Counted from the stretch's first letter, positions 29,337 through 45,304 are shown. The stretch: 64,000 bases of DNA from Pseudomonadota bacterium (GCA_021325135.1 JAJPHT010000046.1:64001-128000); one strand, 5' to 3'. Made by a program: numbers and translations. Notes: generated from the sequence alone by a model not told the origin.

Positions 29337-30311
29337 GTGGAGGGGCCCCGGGACTGGCGGCCTTACGTCCTCGCGCCCCTTTTCCGGCGCGTGGACGGCC
29401 TCTCCCACGTCGCGAAGCGCCTCGCGGACACGCTGGGGCGCCTCCCCCGCGAGACGCCCGCGCTGCGGGCGTTCGCCCCCGGCGAGGCGCCGCGCCGCGT
29501 CGTGGCGGTGGACGGCTCCAGCGTCGTCGTGGCCGAGGCGGGCGACCTCCTGGTGGGCGCGCACCGCGCGGCGCGCGTCGCGCTGGAGCGCGGCCAGCCG
29601 CGCCCCGCCGAGCCCCGCGCGCCCGAGGTCGTGCTGCTGACCCCCGACGACGCGCACCGCGTGGTGGGCGAGCGCCTGGGCTCGCCCGTGCCGCCCCTGG
29701 CGCCCGCCGAGGCGCTCCACGCCCTGCGCACGCTGGGCGAGCTGGCCGCCGCGCGCGACGCCCTCGCCACGCTGGACGCGGGCGACCTGCTCCTCCTGGA
29801 TGGCGCGCTGACGGGCACGCTGACGCTCCCCGTCGTGGACGCCCTGCTGGCGGAGGCCGCGAAGCGCCAGGTCGACGTGGTGGGCGTCTGCAAGTCCACG
29901 CGCCTGCGCTTGGGCGCCGCGCCCGCGCTTGCCGCCTGCCACCGCGCGGGGCGCTCCTTCGCGAGCCCCACGTGGATGGCGCCCCTGCCCCCCGCCCCCG
30001 CCGCCCGCGGCCGCGCCTGGGCCGCCCGCCTCTCGCCCGGCGAGGAGCGCGTCTTCCGCTTCGACGTGCAGGCGCGCGACGGCGACGACGCGCGCGTCCT
30101 CGCGGGCCTCGCCGCGCTGGCGGGGCACCCGGCGTACCCCGGCTACCCCAGCCCCCTGGCCATGGCGCACAACGCGGCGCTGATCCCCGAGGAGGAGAAG
30201 CGGCGCCTCCGCTCCCGCCTCGTGGATGCCATGCTCGACGCCGGCCTGGAGGCGCCCCTCGCAGAGGCGGCCTTCTTGGACTACCACGACGTGCTGGAGC
30301 TCGGAGCCTGA
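29337..30311 (+). CDS. nurA: NurA-domain nuclease
   Basis: AVDGS, LLLDGAL, VGVCKS, GYPSPLAMAH; start uncertain (ATG 29295 possible). Confidence 0.82.
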   Translation: MEGPRDWRPYVLAPLFRRVDGLSHVAKRLADTLGRLPRETPALRAFAPGEAPRRVVAVDGSSVVVAEAGDLLVGAHRAARVALERGQPRPAEPRAPEVVLLTPDDAHRVVGERLGSPVPPLAPAEALHALRTLGELAAARDALATLDAGDLLLLDGALTGTLTLPVVDALLAEAAKRQVDVVGVCKSTRLRLGAAPALAACHRAGRSFASPTWMAPLPPAPAARGRAWAARLSPGEERVFRFDVQARDGDDARVLAGLAALAGHPAYPGYPSPLAMAHNAALIPEEEKRRLRSRLVDAMLDAGLEAPLAEAAFLDYHDVLELGA

Positions 30312-30312
30312 C

Positions 30313-30873
30313 ATGCCTAGCGCGGCCGTCCACGGCGCGATCCCCCTCCTCTTCCTCCTCGCGCTGCGCCGCCTCGACGCGCGGAAGATCTGGATCCTCT
30401 GGCCCCTCACGTTCCTGCCGGACCTGGACTACTTCCTGGGCTTCCACCGCGCGACGTTCACCAACGTCTTCGTGCTGATCCCCTTCCTCGCGCTTCTCGC
30501 CTGGTGGCTGTGCCCCGGCCACCGCGACTGGGCCAAGGCCGAGTGGGTCCTCATCGCGCTCGTGTATCTGGTGAGCCACATCGTCATGGACGCGCTCACC
30601 GGCGGCGTCGTGCTGTTCTACCCCGTGAGCGACTTCACCTACTGCTACACGGCGGAGATCGACATCGTGACCAAGACGAACACGCCCTACTTCGACGTGG
30701 GCCCCTGCAGCCACGAGGGGATCCCCCAGGTGACGCCGCTCTACCCCTGGCTCACCAACAACGACGCGGCGATGCTGGCCTTCCTCGTCCCCGCGGGCCT
30801 CCTGGCCGCCTCGTGGAACGCCTGGCGGCTCCTCCAGGCCCGCCGGGCATCGTCAGCCCCCGAGAACGAGTAG
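30313..30873 (+). CDS. Membrane metal-dependent hydrolase (YdjM-like)
   Basis: H...LPDLD...HRA...SHIVMDALT.GV.LFYP. Confidence 0.8.
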   Translation: MPSAAVHGAIPLLFLLALRRLDARKIWILWPLTFLPDLDYFLGFHRATFTNVFVLIPFLALLAWWLCPGHRDWAKAEWVLIALVYLVSHIVMDALTGGVVLFYPVSDFTYCYTAEIDIVTKTNTPYFDVGPCSHEGIPQVTPLYPWLTNNDAAMLAFLVPAGLLAASWNAWRLLQARRASSAPENE

Positions 30874-31199
30874 GCTCCCGACCCGACGCTTGTCGTCAAG
30901 CGACGGTGGCGTCCACGACTCCCCTGAAACGTAGAAATAGACGGAAAAGCCACCCCTTCCCCGGAGCAGGGTCCCGCGAGTGCTGTGAACTCGCCGCTCT
31001 GACCGTATCCAAACCCTCCATGATGCGAAACGGGACCGGTTCGTCCCATAATCCGGTTCCTGGGGCCTTGCTCCGTCCCTCTCGCCCCAGCGCAGGCTGC
31101 GCGTGGTGGAGGTTTGTTGTGAGCCGAAGCGGCAATCGTTTTGCGCCCGCGGATCGTGCGAGACGAGGGCCCTTCGGGGCGCGTGCGAGGAGGACGAGC

Positions 31200-31409
31200 A
31201 TGGACGAGACGGGCGCGGGCCTGGAGCGGCTCGCGGAGGAGAAGCGCCGCCACTACGAGGACGCGCGCCGGGTGCTTGACGAGATGGCGGCCCTGGTGCA
31301 GGAGCACCTCCCGGTGCCCGCCGAGCTGGAGGCGAGGCTCCAGGCCAGCCTCCAGGCGCTTCGGGACGCCAACCGCCGCCTGGAGGGCGAGCGCCGGAGG
31401 AAGGCCTAG
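31200..31409 (+). CDS. Small coiled-coil hypothetical protein
   Basis: GAGGAGG upstream, 69 aa helical. Confidence 0.6.
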   Translation: MDETGAGLERLAEEKRRHYEDARRVLDEMAALVQEHLPVPAELEARLQASLQALRDANRRLEGERRRKA

Positions 31410-31601
31410 GCTGCTCCCGGCCCATGCGTCGCACGGGAAGCGCGCCCCGCGGGTGCTTTCGGGGATCCCCTGGGGATCAGGCCTAAGCCATGGAGCGCTT
31501 TGGACGGGACGACCAGGCCCCTTGGCGAGCACCGCGGGCCTTCGACGCGCAAACGCCGACGAGCCGCCTGCTTTTCCAGGCTGCCTGGCCAGGAAATCGC
31601 C

Positions 31602-32975
31602 ATGCAGCAGACCGAGAACCTCGCGCCCCACGTCCAGGACATCGCCCGGGCGCTTCAAAACCGCATGGAGCCCGACGCCATCGAGGACGAGCTTCGCCGC
31701 TACCTCGACTACGGAGTGCCCCTCGCCCAGGCCAAGAAGGACATCGTGCGCATGCACGGGGGCACCTTCGTCGCGGGCGAGAAGAAGCTCGCCGACGTGC
31801 TCCCCGACGAGCGCGGCATCGAGATCACCGCCCGCGTCCTCACGGTGAACCCCAAGGAGATCACCGTCAAGGGCCAGGCCAAGACCATCTTCTACGGCCT
31901 CCTCGCCGACGAGACCGCCAAGGTCCCCTACACGGCGTGGAAGCCCTTCGACAACCTCCAGAAGGGCGCCACGGTCCACGTGAAGAACGCCTCCGCCAAG
32001 AAGGCGTTCCGCGAGGCCGACCGCATCGAGATCAACCTGGGCGACTACACCACCGTGACGCCCAGCGACGCGCGCCTGGAGATCAAGGACGAGTTCCCCG
32101 CCCCCGAGGCGGGCGGAGCCCGCGTCAGCGCGGAGCACAAGCTTCGCGACCTGCGCGAAGGCCAGAGCAGCGTCACCGTCGTGGGCCGCGTGCTGGACCT
32201 GCGCGAGAAGACCATCAGCACGGCCAACGGCCAGAAGACCCTCGTGGAGGGCGAATTGGCCGACGAGACGGGCCGCGCGCCCTTCAGCGCGTGGGAGCCC
32301 GAGAAGCTCCCCGCCGAGATGAAGCAGAACAGCGTCGTGCGCGTCAAGGGCGCCTACGTGCGCTCCTTCCGCGGCATCCCCAACCTCAACTTCGGCCAGT
32401 ACGCCACCGTCGAGGTGCTGCCCGACCGCACGCTCCCCAACGCCGAGGAGCTTGACAAGCCCAAGCCGTTCCACCTGGGCGAGCTGGAGGCCGCCGGCGG
32501 CGGCCAGGGCGTCATGGTGGAGGGCGTCGTGCTGGAGGTCAAGAAGGGCAGCGGCCTCATCTTCCGCTGCGGCGCCGAAGGGTGCAACCGCGTGCTCCAG
32601 AAGATGGAGTGCCGCGTCCACGGCAAGCAGAAGGGCCAACCGGATCTTCGCATCAAGGCCGTCCTGGACGACGGCCACGGCGCGGCCACGTTCTTCGCCA
32701 ACCGCGAGGCGACGGAGAAGCTCCTGGGCAAGACGCTCGCGCAGTGCCAGGAGATGGCCCGCGACGCCATGACCATCGACGTCGTCTACGACGAGATCGT
32801 GCCCAAGCTCACCGCGCGCCGCGTCGTCCTCACGGGCAACGCCAGCCACGACGAGTACGGGCTCCAGATCCTCGCCGGCGACCTCGCCTTCGCGCCCGAG
32901 CGCGACGCCGAGGCGGAGGCCGAGAAGCTCTACGGCTCCATCGTCGAGATCCTCCAGGAGGTCGGTCCCCAGTGA
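31602..32975 (+). CDS. rpa: Replication protein A large subunit (3 OB folds + Zn finger)
   Basis: Repeated G.LADETG...F.AW OB motifs; C-x4-CNRVL-x4-CRVHG, DLRIKAVLDDG. Confidence 0.92.
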   Translation: MQQTENLAPHVQDIARALQNRMEPDAIEDELRRYLDYGVPLAQAKKDIVRMHGGTFVAGEKKLADVLPDERGIEITARVLTVNPKEITVKGQAKTIFYGLLADETAKVPYTAWKPFDNLQKGATVHVKNASAKKAFREADRIEINLGDYTTVTPSDARLEIKDEFPAPEAGGARVSAEHKLRDLREGQSSVTVVGRVLDLREKTISTANGQKTLVEGELADETGRAPFSAWEPEKLPAEMKQNSVVRVKGAYVRSFRGIPNLNFGQYATVEVLPDRTLPNAEELDKPKPFHLGELEAAGGGQGVMVEGVVLEVKKGSGLIFRCGAEGCNRVLQKMECRVHGKQKGQPDLRIKAVLDDGHGAATFFANREATEKLLGKTLAQCQEMARDAMTIDVVYDEIVPKLTARRVVLTGNASHDEYGLQILAGDLAFAPERDAEAEAEKLYGSIVEILQEVGPQ

Positions 32976-33943
32976 ACCCCGTCGCCAACGCCAACGAGGA
33001 GATGCAGGGCGAGGCCGGAGACGGCCGCGCCAAGCGCGAGGTCGCGCAGCGCGTCTTCGCCGCCGAGTTCAACGCCGCCGCGCACTCCTTCAAGGAGAGC
33101 GGCGACCGCAGCCCCACGTTCGTCGTCTCGCCCTTCGGCGCGAAGGTGAACCGCCTCTTCGCCGTGGGCGTGCTGACCAGCACCGAGAGCGTGGGCGCCA
33201 GCGGCGACCGCTACCGCGCGCAGGTCGTCGACCCCACCGGCGTGTTCAACGTCTACGCCGGCCAGTACGAGCCCGAGGCCACGGCGCAGCTCACCGAGAT
33301 CCGGCCCCCCGCCGTCGTCGCCATCGTGGGCAAGAGCCGCACCTACCAGCCCGAGAGCGGCGTGACCTACGTCAGCGTGCGCCCCGAGAGCATCCACGCC
33401 GTCGCCAAGGCCGACCGCGACGCGTGGATCCTGGACACGGCGCGCCACTCCATGCAGCGCCTCGACGCGCTGCGCGAGGCGCAGAAGATGGAGACGCCCA
33501 CCCCCAAGGCGCTGGAGGACCTGGGCTTCCCCAAGGACGTCGCCGAAGGCGTCTGCAAGGCCATCGAGCACTACGGCAAGGCCGACCTCGCCCGCTACGC
33601 GACGCTCATCCGCGACGCGCTGGAGAGCCTCCTCCCCGGCGGCGCCGAGAAGATGGGCGCCGTGCCCGAGTTCGCCCCCGCCGCGGCGTCCATGCCCGCG
33701 CCCAAGGCGGCCGCCCCCAAGGCCCCCGCGGCGCCGCCCAAGGCCGCGGCCAGCGCGAACGAGGACGTCGTCATGGCGCTCTGCGAGAAGCTGGACGACG
33801 GCAAGGGCGCGCCCTGGGAGGACGTCGTCGCCGAGGCCGCCAGGAAGGGCATCGGCGAGGCCGAGGTCGAGGAGTGCCTCAACGCCCTCATGGACAAGGG
33901 GCAGGTCTACGAGCCGGTCCTGGGCCGGCTCAAGAGGACGTGA
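32972..33943 (+). CDS. RPA-associated/RPA2-like protein (OB fold + C-terminal winged helix)
   Basis: REVAQRVFAAEF, GAKVNRLFAVGVLT, DPTG.F.VYAGQY, SVRPE, C-terminal GQVYEP; GTGA overlap with rpa. Confidence 0.9.
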   Translation: MNPVANANEEMQGEAGDGRAKREVAQRVFAAEFNAAAHSFKESGDRSPTFVVSPFGAKVNRLFAVGVLTSTESVGASGDRYRAQVVDPTGVFNVYAGQYEPEATAQLTEIRPPAVVAIVGKSRTYQPESGVTYVSVRPESIHAVAKADRDAWILDTARHSMQRLDALREAQKMETPTPKALEDLGFPKDVAEGVCKAIEHYGKADLARYATLIRDALESLLPGGAEKMGAVPEFAPAAASMPAPKAAAPKAPAAPPKAAASANEDVVMALCEKLDDGKGAPWEDVVAEAARKGIGEAEVEECLNALMDKGQVYEPVLGRLKRT

Positions 33944-34003
33944 TATCACGGCGAAGCGTCCTCGCATGCCCCACGAGAGGCCCGGCGGGACCAGGCCGCG
34001 GCG

Positions 34004-34222
34004 CTAGGACGTGAGCCCGCCCCCGTAGGGGGGCTCCTCCTCGTCCTTGCGCAGCTGGAAGTCCTCGCGGGCCTTCACCGTGTAGAGGAAGCTCGCCAGC
34101 TGCACGGTGGCCTCCTGCTCCACCTTGCCGAACCGGCCCTCCAGCAGCGCGTAGGCCTCCTCGATGGCGTTCTCCACGGTGTAGCTCGGGGTCCGGCTGG
34201 ATTTGAATTTGGCAGGGGGCAT
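34004..34222 (-). CDS. Hypothetical protein, 72 aa
   Basis: Genome-typical codon use, plausible composition. Confidence 0.6.
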   Translation of the reverse strand: MPPAKFKSSRTPSYTVENAIEEAYALLEGRFGKVEQEATVQLASFLYTVKAREDFQLRKDEEEPPYGGGLTS

Positions 34223-34280
34223 GGGCCTGCCCTTGCCGCGCCCTGGGAAGCGCCTTGTGGCCGGCTCGCCTGAGGCGCGC

Positions 34281-34994
34281 TCACGCGCGGGGGTGCAGCC
34301 GGGCGCGGTATTCGGCGACCAGGCAGCGCGCCTGGTGCGTCAGCTGGCCGAAGACGTCGCGCGCCTCGGCAAGGCTGCCTGGCCGCTGGGGTGTGGTCTC
34401 CCAAAGGTGGATGCGCTTGCCGCGGAACCCCTCGGTGAGGCGCGGCGCCTCGCCCACGCTCACGAAGGCGACCGCCTGCGCGGCCGCGTCCTCCAGCGGG
34501 CGCGCGTCGTCGGAGGCGAGGACAAGGCCGCGCTCGCGCATCGCCTCCCCCACGTGGGGCTCGGGCGGGAGCGGGCGGCCCGCCGCGGCGCGGAACACGT
34601 CGATGGCGGGCGGCGCGTGCGCGCGCAGGATGGCCTGCGCCATGCGCGGGACCGCGCCGTCGTGGCGTGCGACGACGCAGAGCCCCACGCGGGGGTGAGC
34701 CGCGGCGGGCGCGGCCTGCGCAGGGGGCGCCAGGGCGGAGGCGCGCGCGAGGAGCGTCTCGGGCGTGGCGTCGCGCTGCGCGACCCACCACGCGGCGCTG
34801 CGCTGCGCGGCCAGGGCCAGCACGCGCGGGTCGTCCGGCGCGGCGAGGTCCGCAAGGCGCGCCAGGGCGGCGCGGCGGATGGCGAGGGCGAAGCGCACCT
34901 CGCCGTTGGACCCTTCAAGCGGCGCGAGCAGGGCGATCCTCCGAAGCGGGAGTCCCGCGAGGGGGGCTTGAAGCCTGCGGTGGCGGCCTGGCAC
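34281..34994 (-). CDS. Hypothetical protein
   Basis: Best-looking frame in the interval; start uncertain. Confidence 0.45.
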   Translation of the reverse strand: MPGRHRRLQAPLAGLPLRRIALLAPLEGSNGEVRFALAIRRAALARLADLAAPDDPRVLALAAQRSAAWWVAQRDATPETLLARASALAPPAQAAPAAAHPRVGLCVVARHDGAVPRMAQAILRAHAPPAIDVFRAAAGRPLPPEPHVGEAMRERGLVLASDDARPLEDAAAQAVAFVSVGEAPRLTEGFRGKRIHLWETTPQRPGSLAEARDVFGQLTHQARCLVAEYRARLHPRA

Positions 34995-35029
34995 GGTGGG
35001 TCGGGCGGGTTACCCCGAGGTGGCCGCCC

Positions 35030-36070
35030 CTATGCGAGGAGGAGGCCGGCCGTGGCCTGGGGCGCCGCCGCCCGGGCCGGCAGGGGTCCGGGGGCCGGGC
35101 GCGGGGCGGGCGCCTCGCTCGACGCGAGGGGCGAGACGACCGCGCAGTCGCCCAGGTTCACGACGCAGAGGCCGCCGGCCTCGCACGAGCCCTGGTTGAC
35201 GACGCAGACGCCGCCGTCGCACTCGCCCGCGTTGACGCCGCAGTCGCCCCCGTTGCAGTGTCGGAGGTTCGCGCCGCAGACGCCGCCCTGGCACGTCAGC
35301 GTGTTGGCCCCGCAGATGCCGCCCTGGCAGGCGTTGGTGTTGGCGCCGCAGAGGCCGCTCTCGCAGACGTCCGTGTTGACGCCGCAGTCGCCGCCCTTGC
35401 ACGTCACGGTGTTGACGCCGCACGCGCCGCCCGTCTCGCACGAGGCGGCGTTCACGCCGCACACGCTCCGGCCTTCGCACGTCGCGATGTTCACGCCGCA
35501 AATCGCCCCCGACTCGCACGTCTGCGTGTTGGCGCCGCAGATGCCCAGCGACTCGCACGTGCCGGCGTTCGCGCCGCAGGCGCCCTCGGTCTCGCAGAGG
35601 CCGACGTTGACGCCGCAGATCGCTTCCGACTCGCACGTGGCCGCGTTCGCGCCGCAGATGCTCCCGCCTTCGCAGGTGGCCGCGTTGATGCCGCACGTGG
35701 CGTGGTCGCACGTCTCGCCCCCGAGGTCCGCGTTGACGAGGCAGGCGCCCGCGCACCACCCGTCGTTGTACGCGCAGAGCCCGGGCTGCGGGCACGCGGC
35801 GAGGTTGACGGCGACGCACGACGAGCCGCAGAAGCCGGTGTTCACGAGGCAGAGCCCCTGCGGATCGCAGTCGCCCGTGTTGACCTCGCAGTCTCCCTGG
35901 CACGTGCCGGCGTTGACGTTGCAGAAGAGGGGCGGGAGCGCGACGCTCGCGCAGAGGGTCGCGGCGCCCACGCCGATCTCCGCGCACGTCGCGGGCGCGG
36001 CGGAGGCGAGGCCCACGGCCGCGCCGGCGAGGGCCAGGAGGAGAAGCAGCGTCGAGGAGGTCGTGGCCAT
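35030..36070 (-). CDS. Secreted Cys/Asn repeat protein (21 x CxxNxxxC)
   Basis: Signal peptide, 44 Cys, mostly 12-13-aa period. Confidence 0.9.
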   Translation of the reverse strand: MATTSSTLLLLLALAGAAVGLASAAPATCAEIGVGAATLCASVALPPLFCNVNAGTCQGDCEVNTGDCDPQGLCLVNTGFCGSSCVAVNLAACPQPGLCAYNDGWCAGACLVNADLGGETCDHATCGINAATCEGGSICGANAATCESEAICGVNVGLCETEGACGANAGTCESLGICGANTQTCESGAICGVNIATCEGRSVCGVNAASCETGGACGVNTVTCKGGDCGVNTDVCESGLCGANTNACQGGICGANTLTCQGGVCGANLRHCNGGDCGVNAGECDGGVCVVNQGSCEAGGLCVVNLGDCAVVSPLASSEAPAPRPAPGPLPARAAAPQATAGLLLA

Positions 36071-36166
36071 GGGCGCCGCGCCAGCGCGCGGCGTGGTCAT
36101 CAAGACGGTGGAGAAAAACGGTGAAAGGAAGAAGGGGCCCGGCTCGCGCGCCGGGCTGGGGCGGGA

Positions 36167-41420
<5,254 letters not shown>

Positions 41421-41424
<4 letters not shown>

Positions 41425-43283
41425 ACGAGGTCCTCCAGCTGGAGGCGGGGGGCAACAGTCAACGACTTCAGCTCGTCCAGGAGCAGCTTGAACGCGTAGC
41501 TCATCTCCACGGGGAAGATGTCGGCGTCGTCGCCGCACGTGGGGCAGCGCATGAAGCCGCGGCGGTCCTGCATGGCGACGTGGCCGCACTGGCGGCAGAC
41601 CAGCTCGGTCACGCGGTCCGACTCGTCGAGGAGGCGGTCCTTGATGACCATGGCCGATCCGTGGCCGATGAGGCAGTCGCGCTCCATCTCGCCGAACCTG
41701 AGGCCGCCGTCGCGGGCGCGGCCTTCGGTGGGCTGGCGGGTGAGGATCTGCACGGGGCCGCGGCTGCGGGCGTGCATCTTGCCGGACACCATGTGGTGCA
41801 GCTTCTGGTAGAAGATGACGCCCACGAAGATCTCGGCCTCGATCCGCTCGCCGGTCATGCCGTCGTAGAGGACCTCCTTGCCGCTGTAGTCGAAGCCGTG
41901 GCGCAGGAGGGTGTCGCGGATGCTCGTCTCGTCGTCCTTGCCGGTGAAGGGCGTGCCGTCGAGGGTGCGGCCTTCGCGGGCGCCGACCTTGCCGCCCAGC
42001 AGCTCCAGCACGTGCGCGACGGTCATGCGCGACGGGATGCCGTGGGGGTTGACGATGAGGTCGGGCACCATGCCGTCGCTGTTGAAGGGCATGTCCTCGG
42101 GGTTGACCACGAGGCCGATGACGCCCTTCTGGCCGTGGCGCGACGCGAACTTGTCGCCAAGCTCGGGGATGCGCAGGTCGCGCACCTTGACCTTGACCAG
42201 GCGGCTGCCGTTGCTGCTCTCGGTGAACATCACCGAGTCGACGACGCCGTTCTCGCCGTGGCGCACGGTGACCGACGTCTCGCGGCGCTTCTGGGGCGTG
42301 AGGAAGTCCGAGGGCTCCTCCAGGAAGCGGGGGGGCGAGGTCTTGCCGATGAGCACGTCGCCGGACTTCACGTCCGCCTCGGGGGCGATGAGGCCGTCCT
42401 CGCCGAGGTTGGTGTAGGCGTCCTCGCTGCGGGCGCCCTTGACCTCGGGGGAGGGGATCTCGAAGTGGTCCTCCTGGCCGCCGGGGTAGCGCCTCTCCTC
42501 GGAGGCGTAGGTGCGGAAGAAGCTGCTGCGGCCCAGGCCGCGGTCGATGGCGGCGCGGTTCATGATGATGGCGTCTTCCATGTTGTACCCGTGATAGCTG
42601 ATCACGGCGACCACCATGTTCTGCCCCGAGGGGCGGCGGTCGAAGTTGATGTACTTCATGGAGTGCGTCTGCGTCATGGGCTGCTGCGGGTAGTGCATCA
42701 GGTGGCCGCGCGTCTCGGGGCGGATGCGGTAGTTGCTCTGCCCGAAGCCGAGGCTCTGCTTGCCCATGCCTGCGCCCATGGTGACGCGAGGCGCGGAGTT
42801 GTGCTCGGGGTAGACGACGATCCCCGACGCGATGCCCAGGATGACCATGGGGTCGATCTCCATGTGGCTGGGCGAGAGGGGGAGCTTGTGGGAGAGGAAC
42901 GCGGAGTGCTTCTCGCCGAGGTCCTTCTCGTCCAGGGCGATGAAGAGGTTCTCCTCCTCCTCGGCGTCGATGTACTCGACGACGCCCTCGCGCAGCAGGT
43001 CGCTCCACGTCATGCGGCCCTCCTTCAGGTCGCGCAGGTGCTCCTCGCTGACGAGGGGGCGCCCATCGCGAACGACGATGAGGGGGCGGCGGGGGCGGCC
43101 CGCGTCGCAGTTGATGATGACGTCGTTGGTGGCCTCGTCGTAGCGGACGTTGACCTCCGAGGTCAGGAGGCCCTGCCGGCGGCGGGCGCGGATCTTGTCG
43201 ACCAGCTCGCGGGGGTTGTCGTGCAGGCCCGCGAGGTCGCCGTTCACGAACACGCGGGCGCCTTCGATGTTCTGTTCCACCAT
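41421..43283 (-). CDS. rpoB1: RNA polymerase subunit B' (C-terminal half of B)
   Basis: [30 protein letters not shown]. Confidence 0.97.
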
Positions 43284-43288
43284 GTGCT

Positions 43289-44860
43289 TCAGGCCCCCAG
43301 CTCGATGTCCTTGCTGTGGATCTCCTGGACTCCGAGGTCCCTGACGGTCTGCAGGACCTCCTTGTCCTCGTAGCCCTCGCTGATCTCCGTCATGAGGGCC
43401 ATGTTCTTCACGAGGCCGCAGTTGGGCCCTTCCGGCGTCTCGGCCGGACAGAGGCGGCCCCACTGGGTCGCGTGCAGGTCGCGCGCCTCGAAGTGAGGCT
43501 GCGAGCGCGTGAGCGGGCTGATGATGCGGCGCAGGTGCGAGAGCGTCGCGAGGTTGCTCGTGCGGTCCAGCAGCTGGCTGACGCCGGCGCGGCCGCCGAC
43601 CCAGTTGCCGGTGGCCAGCGCGTGCAGGAGGCGCTGCGAGAGCACGTCGCTGCGCACCGCGGTGCTGACCTTCAGCTCGCGGTTGCGCGAGTGCGCGCGC
43701 TCAAGCTGGTACTTCAGGTCCTTGACGAGGCCCGTGAAGGCGACGCGGAAGAGGTCCTCCATGAGGTCGCCGGCGAGCTTGAGGCGCTTGTTGGCGTAGT
43801 GATCCTTGTCGTCGGGCTCGGCGTGGCCGATGGCGAGCTCCAGCACGCTGCGCGCCATGCGGCCCAGGAAGATCGCCTTCTTCATGCGGTCGTCGGGGTC
43901 GTTGCCCAGGTGCGGCAGCAAGCTGCGGTCCATGAGGGACTCGACGCGCTTGATGCGGTACTCCTTGGCCTGGCCGCCGGCGAGCTTCTTGCCCAGGAAG
44001 GCCACGGCCTCCTCGCGGTTGGAGACGCCGTACTCGTTCACGGAGTCCTCGATGTTGCTCAGGACGAACGGCATCATCTCGGGGTCCGTGACGATGGCGT
44101 TCATGATGTCCTCGTCGGACTCCATGCCCAGCGCGCGCAGGAGCACGGTGAGGGGGAGCTGGCCCGAGGCCGCGGGGACGCTGACCATGAGGGTCGCGTC
44201 CTTCTTCATCTCCACGATGACCAGGGCGCGGTAGCCCTCGCGCTGCGAGAAGACCTTCGCGACGGGGACGTCGCGGCCGTAGCGCTTGTTGAACTCGACC
44301 ATCACGCGGTTGGGCGCGAGGTCTTCCAGCGAGATCAGCACGCGCTCCGTGCCGTTGATGATGAAGTAGCCGCCGATGTCCAGCGGGTCCTCCTGAAGCT
44401 CGATGAGGCGGCGGTAGTACTCCTCGGGCGTGAAGATGGTCCCCTCGTGGCGCTCGAGGTTCTCCTTGGTGATGTTGCACTTCGCCGACTTCACCATGAT
44501 GGGCATGTCGCCGATGCGCACCTCCTCGGGCTCGTGCTCGACGCCTTCGATGATGGGGATGAACTCGAGGTACATGGGCGCCTCGTAGGTGAGGTTCCTC
44601 AGCCTCGCCTCCATGGGCGTCAGCAGGCGCGTGGAGCCGTCGGCCTCCTTGACCAGGGGGTTGCCCACGCGGATCTTGCCCAGCTTGACCTCGTAGCCCT
44701 CGATGTCGGTGGTGATGGTGCCGCGCTCGGCCTCGTCGTCGCCCACCTTGATCTTGTCAATGATGTCCTGCAGCCAGTAGTTGATGAAGTCGTTGTAGGA
44801 CATGATGTGGTGGTTCGCGAGGGAACGCTCCCGATAGAACGAGTCAACAAGCTCACGCAT
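43289..44860 (-). CDS. rpoB2: RNA polymerase subunit B'' (N-terminal half of B)
   Basis: [39 protein letters not shown]. Confidence 0.97.
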   Translation of the reverse strand: MRELVDSFYRERSLANHHIMSYNDFINYWLQDIIDKIKVGDDEAERGTITTDIEGYEVKLGKIRVGNPLVKEADGSTRLLTPMEARLRNLTYEAPMYLEFIPIIEGVEHEPEEVRIGDMPIMVKSAKCNITKENLERHEGTIFTPEEYYRRLIELQEDPLDIGGYFIINGTERVLISLEDLAPNRVMVEFNKRYGRDVPVAKVFSQREGYRALVIVEMKKDATLMVSVPAASGQLPLTVLLRALGMESDEDIMNAIVTDPEMMPFVLSNIEDSVNEYGVSNREEAVAFLGKKLAGGQAKEYRIKRVESLMDRSLLPHLGNDPDDRMKKAIFLGRMARSVLELAIGHAEPDDKDHYANKRLKLAGDLMEDLFRVAFTGLVKDLKYQLERAHSRNRELKVSTAVRSDVLSQRLLHALATGNWVGGRAGVSQLLDRTSNLATLSHLRRIISPLTRSQPHFEARDLHATQWGRLCPAETPEGPNCGLVKNMALMTEISEGYEDKEVLQTVRDLGVQEIHSKDIELGA

Positions 44861-44866
44861 GTGCTA

Positions 44867-45115
44867 TCACTCCACCACGTAACGGTACGCGATCGCCTCG
44901 CCCGCGGTCGGGCTCTTGCGACGGATGCGGACGATGTTGCCGGGCTTCGCGCGGATCGCGCGCGCCACGGCGTCGCTCGCATAGATCTTGGGGAACTGGT
45001 CGGGGGTGGCGCCGTACTTGTCGAGGATGGCGCGCGCTTCATCGTCCGAGAGGACCTCGTGGCGCGGGACGAGATCGTGCTTCATCACGTCGAATGCCTT
45101 GGGCACGGTTACCAC
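44867..45115 (-). CDS. rpoH: RNA polymerase subunit H (Rpo5)
   Basis: HDLVPRHEVL, PKI..SD, RKSPTAG..IAYRYV. Confidence 0.95.
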   Translation of the reverse strand: MVTVPKAFDVMKHDLVPRHEVLSDDEARAILDKYGATPDQFPKIYASDAVARAIRAKPGNIVRIRRKSPTAGEAIAYRYVVE

Positions 45116-45304
45116 TCCTTGAACATGGAGGAGACGCGCGCGCCCTTCGCGGGGCGGCGGCTGATATCAACGGCGGGCTCGCGCGGCGGGCGGCGGGCTT
45201 CCTTGGCGACGAGGTTCCCCTTCTGCATCCTGTCTCCTCTCCTTTCCCTCGGGGCGCGACGGCGCGGCATAGCGGGCGATGGTCCGGCGGCCGGCGGTCC
45301 CCAG

